IMG/VR virus record: IMGVR_UViG_3300045988_177530
Span: 1 to 42,792 of that record
Source of the DNA: a virus
Length of the DNA stretch: 42,792 nucleotides
Direction: 5' to 3' (one strand)
Made by a program: the position numbers and the translations under genes
Notes under the pieces: model-generated
Told to the model about the DNA's origin: nothing
Databases searched by the model: none
The model's input: the letters and a program-made list of their open reading frames with translations, nothing else
In this document: positions 31,541 to 40,222 of the stretch, piece after piece
Numbering within the stretch: the first letter of the stretch is position 1
Layout of the letters: each line of letters opens with the position of its first letter

Positions 31541-31541
31541 A

Positions 31542-33035
31542 ATGAGCGAAAAACACCTAAGCGAAATCGCCGCCCACCTCACCCTCCCAGAAAACATCAC
31601 ACACACCGCCTGGCCGCCAGTCCAACGCCGCCTCCAAGAAATGCAATACCCCCTCGACGTCTGGCAACAAGACTGGCTCAAAGCAATCCTCGCAAAACGA
31701 AATGACGGCCACTACGCCGCCAGCATCGACGGAATCCAAGCCAGCATCCCCAGACAGGTCGGCAAAACATACACAATCGGCGGCCTCACATTCGCACTCG
31801 CCACCCTCCACCCAAATTACTTCGTCCTCTGGACCGCACACAGAACACGCACCGCAGACGAAACATTCAACGACATGAAAGGAATGGCCCAAATACCCGA
31901 CATCGCCCCGTACGTGAATAAAATACGGCAAGCAAACGGACAGCAAGCCATCCTCTTCAATAACGGATCACGCATTCTCTTCGGTGCCCGTGAAGGCGGA
32001 TTCGGGCGTGGATTCCACGGCGTAGACATGATCCTCTTCGACGAAGCCCAGATTCTCGGCGCAGCCGCACTAGACGACATGATCCCCGCCACAAACACGG
32101 CGCCCGACCCGCTCATCATCAAAATCGGGACACCACCAAAACCAAAAGACCCATCCGAAGCATTCAGCGAATTCCGTAACCTCGCCCTGCAAGGCGAAAT
32201 AAAAGACGGCCTCTACCTCGAACTAGCCGCCGACTACGACGCTAACAGCAACGACAGAAAACAATGGGAAAAAGCCAACCCATCATACCCGCGCCGTACG
32301 CCTGAATCCGCCATTCTAAGAATGCGGCGGCAGCTCGGAGAAGAATCATTCCGACGTGAAGGCCTCGGAATATGGGACCGCGCCAACGACAGGCTCGCAA
32401 TAGACCCCGTCGCTTGGAATACTGCCACAATACGGCCAGAAAACACCCCCGGTGGCATGCGGTGGTGTGCTGCGATCAGGTTCGCACCCGACGGATCAAC
32501 CTGCGCCCTAGCCAGGGCAGGACACAAGCCCAACACGCCCACACACGTCGAACTCTGTACACACCAAGGCGTGCGCCGCATGAGTGAAGGCACACAATGG
32601 ATAATCGACTACATTGCGGACACAAAAGACAGATGGGCACAAATCATTGTAGACGGAAAATACGGTGCCGGAGACACAATCGAAAGACTGAGAGCAATCG
32701 GAGTACGCCCGCAAGTCATCATCACGCCCACAATCACGCAAATCATAGACGCCTACAGCATGCTAGACGCCTCACTACGCGAAAACACAATCACCCATTT
32801 GGACGACATGCAATTGAGGACTGAGGCCGCCTCTGCGACGCCGCGCCCAATCGGAACGTCCGGAGGATGGGCTCTACAGGCGCCCCCTGGCGTCACCGTA
32901 GCCGGCCTAGAAGCCTGCACGCTCGCAATGTGGGCCGCACGCACAACAAAAAGAAGACCCCGTTACAGGCCCTATGATAAAATCGAAAACGCCAATAGTA
33001 ATAATGATCGCGGCGGCGGAGTATTGTTCCTATGA
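31542..33035 (+). CDS. Terminase large subunit
   Basis: 497 aa. Walker A IPRQVGKT and Walker B VDMILFDEAQ. Positioned upstream of the portal gene. Confidence 0.85.
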   Translation: MSEKHLSEIAAHLTLPENITHTAWPPVQRRLQEMQYPLDVWQQDWLKAILAKRNDGHYAASIDGIQASIPRQVGKTYTIGGLTFALATLHPNYFVLWTAHRTRTADETFNDMKGMAQIPDIAPYVNKIRQANGQQAILFNNGSRILFGAREGGFGRGFHGVDMILFDEAQILGAAALDDMIPATNTAPDPLIIKIGTPPKPKDPSEAFSEFRNLALQGEIKDGLYLELAADYDANSNDRKQWEKANPSYPRRTPESAILRMRRQLGEESFRREGLGIWDRANDRLAIDPVAWNTATIRPENTPGGMRWCAAIRFAPDGSTCALARAGHKPNTPTHVELCTHQGVRRMSEGTQWIIDYIADTKDRWAQIIVDGKYGAGDTIERLRAIGVRPQVIITPTITQIIDAYSMLDASLRENTITHLDDMQLRTEAASATPRPIGTSGGWALQAPPGVTVAGLEACTLAMWAARTTKRRPRYRPYDKIENANSNNDRGGGVLFL

Positions 33036-34633
33036 CTGAAATTTATCCTGACGACGGGCGACTCGTTAACGCTACGCCGCCCCCTCCCCGCATTTCTGGA
33101 CTCCCCGACGACGACCAGGTAACATTTCTGCAACTGTGGCAGAAATGGCAGCAGCACTCAAACAAAAACAAGCTGCTCTCCGTCTACTATGACGGCCACC
33201 GCGCTTTCCAAGACTTGGGCATCAGTATTCCGCCGCAAATGACGCGCACCAAGGCCGCACTCGGATGGCCTCAGAAAGTCGTCACCATGCTCTCCCGCCG
33301 GCATGTATTTGAGGGCTACTCGCTGAACGGAGCACCCGACGCTTTCGAAGCAAACGAAATACTCTCCGCGAATAACTATGATCTTGATCTCGCGCAGGCG
33401 ATAACGTCCGCGTACAAGCATTCTTTCTCGCTGCTCACAGTGACGCGCGGAGACGAGACCATTGGTGAGCCGCCTGTCGTAGTGCAAGCCCGTGACGCAG
33501 AATGGTCCGCCGCCCTTTGGGACACTAGGCGCCGTATAATCGAAGCCGCCCTCACAATTGACCAGACCGACAAGTATGGGCAGCCATCCGGCGCCATCAT
33601 GCACACCCCCACCGCTATTTGGCGAATCGATGCCCGCGAAAACGGCAGCGGATGGAAGGCCGAAAAGCTCGGAGACACCCCCAACCGTATTTTCGTTGAA
33701 GCGCTCACCTACGATCCGCAGCTGAACCGCCCGCTGGGGCACTCACGAATCACCCGTGAAGTAAGATATCTCACGGACGCGGCGGTAAGGACAATGGTCC
33801 GCGCAGAAACGTCCGCTGAATTCTTCTCTTCACCACAGCGGTACGTGCTCGGCGCGGAAAGAGCAGATTTCGCCGGCCAAGACAGGTGGTCCGCAATCAT
33901 GGCTCGCGTCCAAGTTCTGGAGCCGAACGAGAACGGTGACATCCCGTCGGTTGGGCAATTCTCACAAATGACCATGAGTCCCCACCTGGAAATGTACCGT
34001 CAGCTGGCGCAGAATTTGTGTGCAGCCACAAATTTGCCTCAGTCCGCTATCGGGGTATTCGCGGAGAACCCCGCCTCGGCCGAGGCGATGCAGGCAGCTG
34101 AGGCGGCGCTCGCGGACGAGGCCGAGTATCAGTGGCGCATTTTCACCGCACCATTGCGGCGCACACTGCAGAACATTATTATGGTTCGGGATAAGCTTGA
34201 CGAGCCGCCTGCCGAGTCATGGAAGACCTCGGTGAAGTGGACCCCCGCCCGCTATTCCTCACCCTCGTCTGCCGCCGATTTCGCGGTCAAAATGGTGTCC
34301 GCGTTCCCGTCGTTGCAGGAGTCGCAGACTCTCATGCGGCGTGCCGGGCTCACCGAGGACGATCTCGCAGATATCAACGCTGAGAACCGTAAAAAGAATG
34401 CGGTGTCGTTGCTTGATCGCGCTCTTGCCGCCACGAATAACGGGGGCACTGTGAGCGAGAATGGCGAGAACACTGATAACGGTGACGCGGCCAACAATAA
34501 TGGCGGCGACAGTGGTGATAACGTCAGCAACGGTGACAGCAATAATCTAAACGCTAATAACCCAATAAACACAAGGAACAGGGTTAAGCGCAACATTAAA
34601 CTGCCCGGCGGCACCAAAACACCAATAAACTAA
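33032..34633 (+). CDS. Portal protein (SPP1 gp6-like)
   Basis: 533 aa. Start overlaps the terL stop. Size and position are typical. Low-complexity N/G/D-rich C-terminus. Confidence 0.75.
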   Translation: MTEIYPDDGRLVNATPPPPRISGLPDDDQVTFLQLWQKWQQHSNKNKLLSVYYDGHRAFQDLGISIPPQMTRTKAALGWPQKVVTMLSRRHVFEGYSLNGAPDAFEANEILSANNYDLDLAQAITSAYKHSFSLLTVTRGDETIGEPPVVVQARDAEWSAALWDTRRRIIEAALTIDQTDKYGQPSGAIMHTPTAIWRIDARENGSGWKAEKLGDTPNRIFVEALTYDPQLNRPLGHSRITREVRYLTDAAVRTMVRAETSAEFFSSPQRYVLGAERADFAGQDRWSAIMARVQVLEPNENGDIPSVGQFSQMTMSPHLEMYRQLAQNLCAATNLPQSAIGVFAENPASAEAMQAAEAALADEAEYQWRIFTAPLRRTLQNIIMVRDKLDEPPAESWKTSVKWTPARYSSPSSAADFAVKMVSAFPSLQESQTLMRRAGLTEDDLADINAENRKKNAVSLLDRALAATNNGGTVSENGENTDNGDAANNNGGDSGDNVSNGDSNNLNANNPINTRNRVKRNIKLPGGTKTPIN

Positions 34634-34640
34634 TACCATT

Positions 34641-35366
34641 ATGCTGTCAACCGCAGAAATCGGGGCATACGGGCGAGCAATAGACTCGCTCACCGCCATC
34701 GCCCAAAACGATTTACACACACTCTGGTCCCACGCCGTACGGCAAAGGCCCCAGGAGGCCCGCGACCTTCTGCTCGAAATAATGCCCACCCTAGTAGACC
34801 AATACGGCAGTGCGGCCGCCGCGATCGCCGACGAATGGTACCGCGACATGCGCCTAGACCAAGACATTCCAGGCGATGCCCCCACAGTGCAAACATCACT
34901 CACACCACAGGGCGAAATAGATGACAGTGTCAGATTCAGTGCAGGCGCACTATACGCCGGAAACCCCGACATCGCCCTATCCTATCTGATCGGGGCGCTC
35001 ATCCGATACGTCAGCGACGGCGCCCGCTCACAAATCGCAGACATGACATGGGCCGACCCAGAAGCCATGGGCTGGGAAAGACGAACACGCAACCCTCAAG
35101 CATGCAATTTCTGCGTCATGCTCACAATGAACGAATGCTACTACCGCAGTCAGGGAACCGCATCATTCGGAGCACACGACAATTGCAAATGTGTCGCAGT
35201 CCCCGCATGGGACCCAACCTCTCGGGAAGTGCCTGTGAAAGCATACGCGCTTGCGGCCCGACACAAAACAGAGAAAGGTCGCAAACGCCATCGCGAACTC
35301 GTTTCATCGTGGATAGACACACACCAAGAGGAGCTCACGGAATGGCGCACCCGGCCAATTGAATGA
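34641..35366 (+). CDS. MuF-like minor capsid / head morphogenesis protein
   Basis: 241 aa. C-terminal CNFCVMLTMNECYYRSQGTASFGAHDNCKCVAVP is typical of MuF-like proteins. Confidence 0.65.
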   Translation: MLSTAEIGAYGRAIDSLTAIAQNDLHTLWSHAVRQRPQEARDLLLEIMPTLVDQYGSAAAAIADEWYRDMRLDQDIPGDAPTVQTSLTPQGEIDDSVRFSAGALYAGNPDIALSYLIGALIRYVSDGARSQIADMTWADPEAMGWERRTRNPQACNFCVMLTMNECYYRSQGTASFGAHDNCKCVAVPAWDPTSREVPVKAYALAARHKTEKGRKRHRELVSSWIDTHQEELTEWRTRPIE

Positions 35367-35369
35367 TTG

Positions 35370-35378
35370 TGCTACAAT
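35370..35378 (+). promoter_or_regulatory. Candidate extended -10 promoter element (TGCTACAAT) ahead of the scaffold and capsid genes
   Basis: TGn plus TACAAT, 4 nt after the MuF stop. No convincing -35 element. Confidence 0.3.
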
Positions 35379-35474
35379 GCATAAACAAAGGCCACTGAAG
35401 GAAGGCTGCAAAGCCCAAATTAGTTGCCTGAAAATATCATAATAACCGCACGGTCAAAATATAGGAAACGCCCA

Positions 35475-35960
35475 ATGAGCGATAACGCCGCAAGCGACAC
35501 GCCAGCTGACAACAGCGCCACTAACGACGGTAACGTCCCCAAGAATGAGGGCAATGCCGCCACCAACAAGCCTGAAATCGACTGGAAGAGTGAGTCCCGG
35601 AAGTGGGAGAATCGCGCCAAAGAGAACAAGCGCGCCGCCAACGAACGAGACGAGCTCGCCAAGGCCATCGGCGACAAAGACGCCACAATTGAGGCCCTAA
35701 AGGCCAAGGTGGCGGACTTCGAAACCGCCGCCAAAGTCCGTGAATGGTCCACCAACGCGGCCGCAGAGCATGGTATTAGCGCCGATTTGATTCGAGGGAC
35801 CACCGAGGATGAAATCAACGCTCATGCTGCCGCAATCGCCAAGGCGCTGCACGACGCTAAACCGTCCGTTGCCCCCGTGGTACCCCAGGCTGGGTCCACG
35901 CCCGACAATGACGGTGGCAATCTTGCAGAATTCGCTCGGAATGTTTTCGCCGGCGACTGA
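35475..35960 (+). CDS. Scaffolding protein
   Basis: ATG preceded by AGGAAA at 7-nt spacing. Charged, coiled-coil-like sequence (KRAANERDELAKAIGDKDATIEALKAKVADFE). Lies directly upstream of the capsid gene. Confidence 0.65.
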   Translation: MSDNAASDTPADNSATNDGNVPKNEGNAATNKPEIDWKSESRKWENRAKENKRAANERDELAKAIGDKDATIEALKAKVADFETAAKVREWSTNAAAEHGISADLIRGTTEDEINAHAAAIAKALHDAKPSVAPVVPQAGSTPDNDGGNLAEFARNVFAGD

Positions 35961-36020
35961 CACAAGTACCGCCGCTATTCTAAAAAGTAAAACACTAGAA
36001 AGAAACGGAAACCAACTAAA

Positions 36021-36953
36021 ATGGCCGTGTTCGATTCAGGCAAGGCGAAGGTCCTCATGCCTCGGCAGATCGCCGACGGGATCATCACTCGCACCCAGAC
36101 CCTCTCCACCGTCGCTAAGCTCAACGGTGGCATCCCCATGACTTTCGGTGATGTGGACATTATCACTTTCGATAACTTCCCGCGCGCCGAGTTCGTTGAC
36201 GAGGGCGCCGAAAAGGCACCCACCTACGGTGAATTCGGCTACGTGACCGCTAAGCCGCACAAGGCGCAGGTCACTATGCGATTCAACGAGGAGGTCCAGT
36301 GGGCCGACGAGGACTACCAGCTTGACGTCCTCAACCAGCTCGCACAGAAGGGCAGCGAGGCGCTCTCCCGCGCCCTCGACCTCGGCCTTTACCACCGTGT
36401 TAACCCGCTGACCGGTGCTGTTATCGACGCGTGGACCAACTACCTGACCTCCACCACCAAGAATGTCGAGGTCGGCACTACGGAGATGGACCAGGCGATC
36501 CGCCAGGCCGCCGGTCTGCTCATTAACGACAATGCCGCGCCGATTACGCCGACCGGCCTTGCGCTCGCCCCGTCCGCCGTTTGGGCGCTCGGTAGCCTCC
36601 AGACCAAGAATGCCGACGGGTCACCTTCGGGGACGCCGCGTTACCCGCAGATCGGCCTCGGCGTCGATATTGACAATTTCATGGGGCTCCCGGCCGCCGC
36701 TGGAAACACTGTTGCTGGTAAGCCTGAGGCGACCGCCGCCACCAATGTCGAGGGCATTGTCGGTGACTTTGTCGACGGCATTCGTTGGGGTATTCAGCGG
36801 TCCCTGCCGCTCGAGATTATCCGTTTCGGTGACCCGGATGGTCAGGGCGACCTGAAGAGGCGCAACCAGATTGCTCTGCGTCTCGAGATTCTGTACGCCT
36901 GGTATGTTTTCCCGGACAAGTTCGCGACAATTAAGACCAAGGCCGGCGCTTGA
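36021..36953 (+). CDS. Major capsid protein (HK97-fold type)
   Basis: 310 aa in the expected position after the scaffold gene, with a typical length. Confidence 0.75.
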   Translation: MAVFDSGKAKVLMPRQIADGIITRTQTLSTVAKLNGGIPMTFGDVDIITFDNFPRAEFVDEGAEKAPTYGEFGYVTAKPHKAQVTMRFNEEVQWADEDYQLDVLNQLAQKGSEALSRALDLGLYHRVNPLTGAVIDAWTNYLTSTTKNVEVGTTEMDQAIRQAAGLLINDNAAPITPTGLALAPSAVWALGSLQTKNADGSPSGTPRYPQIGLGVDIDNFMGLPAAAGNTVAGKPEATAATNVEGIVGDFVDGIRWGIQRSLPLEIIRFGDPDGQGDLKRRNQIALRLEILYAWYVFPDKFATIKTKAGA

Positions 36954-37016
36954 TAAAATCGCCGTAAACAAACACAACCCATCCAAACAAAATTTTTCCC
37001 AGGGGCGATTCCGGAA

Positions 37017-37232
37017 ATGCGATCTTACAAACATCGAGACCACGACATTGTTGTCCATCTTGCAGACGATCACAATGTGATGCTCGGAGACGAATATACC
37101 GAAATCGACCCTGAGAATGATGACGCTGGCGGGGCAGACGAGCCTACTTCCTCCTCTTCCTCCTCTCGTACTGCCCCGCCAGCACCCGCTCCCCGTCGGG
37201 GGCGAGGCCGTCCCAGAAAGACGGTAAAGTGA
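37017..37232 (+). CDS. Small hypothetical protein with an acidic body and an AT-hook-like C-terminus
   Basis: 71 aa ending in PRRGRGRPRKTVK. Weak ribosome-binding site. Confidence 0.4.
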   Translation: MRSYKHRDHDIVVHLADDHNVMLGDEYTEIDPENDDAGGADEPTSSSSSSRTAPPAPAPRRGRGRPRKTVK

Positions 37233-37714
37233 TACTGGACGATATTATCCCGTTCGCCACGGTCGAAGACCTGGAGGCCAGATGGCGGGCACTCTCGGAC
37301 AATGAGCGTATTCGCGCTGACGTTCTCCTCGCCGACGCGACCGATCTCATCGTGTCGAAATGCCCCCGGTGGGAGTCTGCCACACCTCGTACGCGGAAGC
37401 GTGTAGCGTGCGCTGTGGTGCGCCGCGCAATGCAGGGCGGCGATGCTATCGGCGGTGTCACAGACAGTGGCGGTGGAATCTACTCTGAGCCGCACGGGAT
37501 TATCGCGTCAGAATCGCACACGACCGGCCCGTTCTCCGATCAGTTCACGTATCAGAATCCTGAAGGCGGCCTCTACCTGAAACGCGAAGAAAAAGATGCT
37601 CTAGGAGGCTCTGGTGGCGCGTTCGAGGTGGACCTCCTGCAGGATTATGATGTACGGTCCGCTACGGATCAGCTGATCGAAGACATTAACGCGATCAGCG
37701 GGCAGGAGCCGTAA
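37229..37714 (+). CDS. Head-tail connector / adaptor protein
   Basis: 161 aa. Position and the N-terminal pattern (ATVEDLEARWRALSDNERIRADVLLADATDLI) are typical of gp6-like connectors. Confidence 0.6.
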   Translation: MILDDIIPFATVEDLEARWRALSDNERIRADVLLADATDLIVSKCPRWESATPRTRKRVACAVVRRAMQGGDAIGGVTDSGGGIYSEPHGIIASESHTTGPFSDQFTYQNPEGGLYLKREEKDALGGSGGAFEVDLLQDYDVRSATDQLIEDINAISGQEP

Positions 37715-38043
37715 TGCTTTCAGGGTACGTGCCCGTTATGCGGCGTAGGCGAGGCCCGGCGTCGAAAGATCAGTACGGGAATCCCGTGCCGGGGCAGTGG
37801 GAGAACGCTGCTTTGCCGCCCGCGGTGTTTGCGCCGGCCACGTCCACTGAGCCGATCAGTGCCGGGGCAATGCCCGTCACCGTCCCCGCCGCCCTTTACT
37901 GGCGGAACACCACAATCGACGTAACCGCCGAAGATCATCTCATCGTGGACGGCATAGAATACCGTGTCGAGGGGCGCCCTTCCCCTTATCCTAAGGGGAT
38001 GGTTGTGCAGATTCGCGCCAACGAAGACAAGGTGAGCGAATAA
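37714..38043 (+). CDS. Head closure / head-tail stopper protein
   Basis: 109 aa. Start overlaps the upstream stop. Assigned by synteny. Confidence 0.55.
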   Translation: MLSGYVPVMRRRRGPASKDQYGNPVPGQWENAALPPAVFAPATSTEPISAGAMPVTVPAALYWRNTTIDVTAEDHLIVDGIEYRVEGRPSPYPKGMVVQIRANEDKVSE

Positions 38044-38297
38044 TGCCGAAAGTAAAATTCCAGCTCAACAGGGACGGGGTCGCCGATCTTCTGCGCGGCC
38101 CCGACGTAGCCCGGACCGTCGCATTAGAGACCGGGCGTGTAGCCAACGCTGCCGGCCGTGGGTTCGAGGGTGAGACGACGCACGGAAATCGTACTCGCGG
38201 ATATGTTAGGGCGCGCACTATTGTCGCGATGCGTAGACAGATGAGAGAGCATACGTTGGAGCGTGCGATCGGCCTCACAATGGGTGGCGGGAAATGA
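38043..38297 (+). CDS. Neck or tail-completion protein (HK97 gp10-like position)
   Basis: 84 aa. Overlapping start and stop codons. Assigned by synteny. Confidence 0.45.
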   Translation: MPKVKFQLNRDGVADLLRGPDVARTVALETGRVANAAGRGFEGETTHGNRTRGYVRARTIVAMRRQMREHTLERAIGLTMGGGK

Positions 38298-38683
38298 CGC
38301 CCACGTATGATCGTGCCCCCACGGTGCCGGATATTAAGAAACGACTCATGGATTTCTTGTCTGCACACATGAGTGTGCCGGTCGTGGCTCGTCGCCCTGA
38401 GAGCCCGGATCGTCCCGCCGTATTCATTCGAGTCCTCTCAACAGGCGGTACCGGGGTAACGCAGAAAGCACTCTGCACCGCGCTGGAAACGATTGACACT
38501 TATGCGCAGTCGTCGGGTGAGGCTATGAAAATTGCGTGCGAGGCCGTGAATGTGGCGCACACTATGCCGAACTATCAGGATGGTATAGTGATGGTACAAT
38601 CATCCTATCCGATAGAAATGCCCGATCCGGACACGTCTCAGGCGAGGGCGACTGCAACATTAACAATTACAGCACACAGGTGA
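38294..38683 (+). CDS. Tail terminator protein, assigned by position
   Basis: 129 aa, immediately upstream of the major tail protein gene. Confidence 0.45.
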   Translation: MTPTYDRAPTVPDIKKRLMDFLSAHMSVPVVARRPESPDRPAVFIRVLSTGGTGVTQKALCTALETIDTYAQSSGEAMKIACEAVNVAHTMPNYQDGIVMVQSSYPIEMPDPDTSQARATATLTITAHR

Positions 38684-38690
38684 ACAAATA

Positions 38691-39275
38691 ATGGCTGTTA
38701 ACGCTGACAATGCACTCATTTTCTCGTCCGACAATGATGCGCTCTGGCTGGGCGACTACGTTGAAAAGTTCGGCGAGAAGGTCACGTCACTCACCCAGGA
38801 CCTCTCCGGCGTGACCGGTCTCACCAACGTTGGGTGGATTAGTGAGGACGGGTTCAAGCTTACCTCTGACGACTCCGTCACCAAGATTAAGGGACACCAG
38901 GGTCATGGTGTCGTCAAGACATTCCTTGACTCATCGGAGACGACTTTCAGCGCCACTCTTCTGGAGACCATGCTTGCTCCGCTCTCATGGTATCTTGACG
39001 CCACTAGCGAGAAGGTCGAGGATGGCGGTGCCACCAAGGGCGTGAAGATCACCGCAAAGTCCTCCCGCAAGGTCAAGCTTCTCTGCGGTGTCGCCGACTT
39101 TTTCGACGTGTCTGGCGTGGGTGCGCAGATTCGTATTGTTTTCCCGCGTCTGGAGCTCGGTGAGCGCGGCGAGATCACTTTCCAGCAGGCTGAGATTACC
39201 GGCTACGAGTACAATCTCTCCGTGCTGGGTGATTACATTATCTACTCCGACCACAAGGCCCTGTTCCCCGCCTGA
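38691..39275 (+). CDS. Major tail protein
   Basis: 194 aa. Lies upstream of the chaperone pair and the tape measure gene. A hairpin follows it. Confidence 0.65.
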   Translation: MAVNADNALIFSSDNDALWLGDYVEKFGEKVTSLTQDLSGVTGLTNVGWISEDGFKLTSDDSVTKIKGHQGHGVVKTFLDSSETTFSATLLETMLAPLSWYLDATSEKVEDGGATKGVKITAKSSRKVKLLCGVADFFDVSGVGAQIRIVFPRLELGERGEITFQQAEITGYEYNLSVLGDYIIYSDHKALFPA

Positions 39276-39284
39276 CAATAATAC

Positions 39285-39335
39285 TTCCCCGCTATTTCGT
39301 GTTTCGGATGGGTTGTCGCGGAATAGCGGGGAGGA
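39285..39335 (+). terminator. Attenuator- or terminator-like hairpin after the major tail gene
   Basis: 13-bp stem cttccccgctatt / aatagcggggagg with one G-T pair and a 25-nt loop. Confidence 0.4.
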
Positions 39336-39391
39336 TCCAAAACAAACACAACCCACCCACTTTATAAAACAAATTTTGAGGACAACCCATT

Positions 39392-39718
39392 ATGTCTGAC
39401 AAGACCGCGAAGAGCAAGGCAAAGTCGGCCGGCGCCAAGGTTCCGGCTGACAGGCTCGCCAAGGTGGAAGCCACGCGCGACCCGATTCATGTGGACTACG
39501 AGGGAATCGAGTTCGATATTCCTCCGGAGGCGTTGGAGGACTTCCGCGCGTTCGAGGCCCTCGACGCCGGCAATCCATTCCCGCTGTTCCGCCTTATCGT
39601 GGGCGACCATAAGGATGAGGTTTATGCTGCGTTGGAGGACGAGAATGGTCGTGTCCCGATTGACTCGGTGACCGACTTTATGCAGTCAATCGTGTCCGAG
39701 GTGGGCGCGGGAAACTGA
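39392..39718 (+). CDS. Tail assembly chaperone (gpG-like)
   Basis: 108 aa, acidic. Ends with the slippery heptamer followed by its stop codon. Confidence 0.75.
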   Translation: MSDKTAKSKAKSAGAKVPADRLAKVEATRDPIHVDYEGIEFDIPPEALEDFRAFEALDAGNPFPLFRLIVGDHKDEVYAALEDENGRVPIDSVTDFMQSIVSEVGAGN

Positions 39719-40113
39719 CAATTCTCCCACCACTACTCCGCGAGTATGGGTGGGAGATAGAAGCCGACCTGCAACGATACTACAACACAGATCTTCTCGA
39801 TCTATATCGAGGCAAAATAACGCCCAGGCGGGTAATGGCGCTCATTGGTGGCCTCCCGCCGGGGTCGACATTCGATAGGGCGCGAGGCGGAGACAGATAC
39901 TGGTCCGACGAAGTAGCCGCCACAATAATGTCAGCACATAACATTCAAACTACGCTACTCGCCGTCAATGGTGTCAAAAAGGATAAATGGCCTGAGGCGC
40001 CGAAACCTCCAGCCGAAGGGTACCGGGAAACCGGCAACCCCAAGGTATCAAGTAAGCACGCTAAGGCGCAGAAAGCTAAGGGTGAGAAATGGCTTGCCCG
40101 ATACGGCAGTTGA
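39392..40113 (+). CDS. Tail assembly chaperone frameshift product (gpGT-like), with the -1 shift at 39709..39715
   Basis: The -1 frame continues ...GKLTILPPLLREYGWEIEADLQRYYNTDLLDLYRGKITPRRVMALIGGLPPGS..., a pattern typical of actinophage gpT extensions. Confidence 0.7.
39709..39715 (+). promoter_or_regulatory. -1 programmed ribosomal frameshift slippery heptamer G_GGA_AAC
   Basis: GGGAAAC lies in zero-frame phase G GGA AAC TGA. The -1 frame is open from at least 39700 through 40113. Confidence 0.75.
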
Positions 40114-40137
40114 GCCGCGTTTCTAATCGGATAGTGT

Positions 40138-40194
40138 AAAATGGTTCACGCCAAGACAAACACGAAAAACGGTTTGATTGGCGTGAACCATTTT
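40138..40194 (+). other. 17-bp perfect-stem hairpin between the chaperone and tape-measure genes
   Basis: aaaatggttcacgccaa (40138..40154) pairs with ttggcgtgaaccatttt (40178..40194), with a 23-nt loop. Confidence 0.5.
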
Positions 40195-40222
40195 CGCTGT
40201 ACATGATTTCGGAGAGGTATCA

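Noticed and set aside
29139-31681. Minus-strand ORFs encoding very hydrophobic V/F/C/L/G/W-rich products (for example 29139..29549, 29663..30169, 31141..31536)
   Set aside because: They are the mirror artefact of G+T-rich composition on the minus strand. They overlap the well-supported HNH gene and the putative terS, and no start signals are present.
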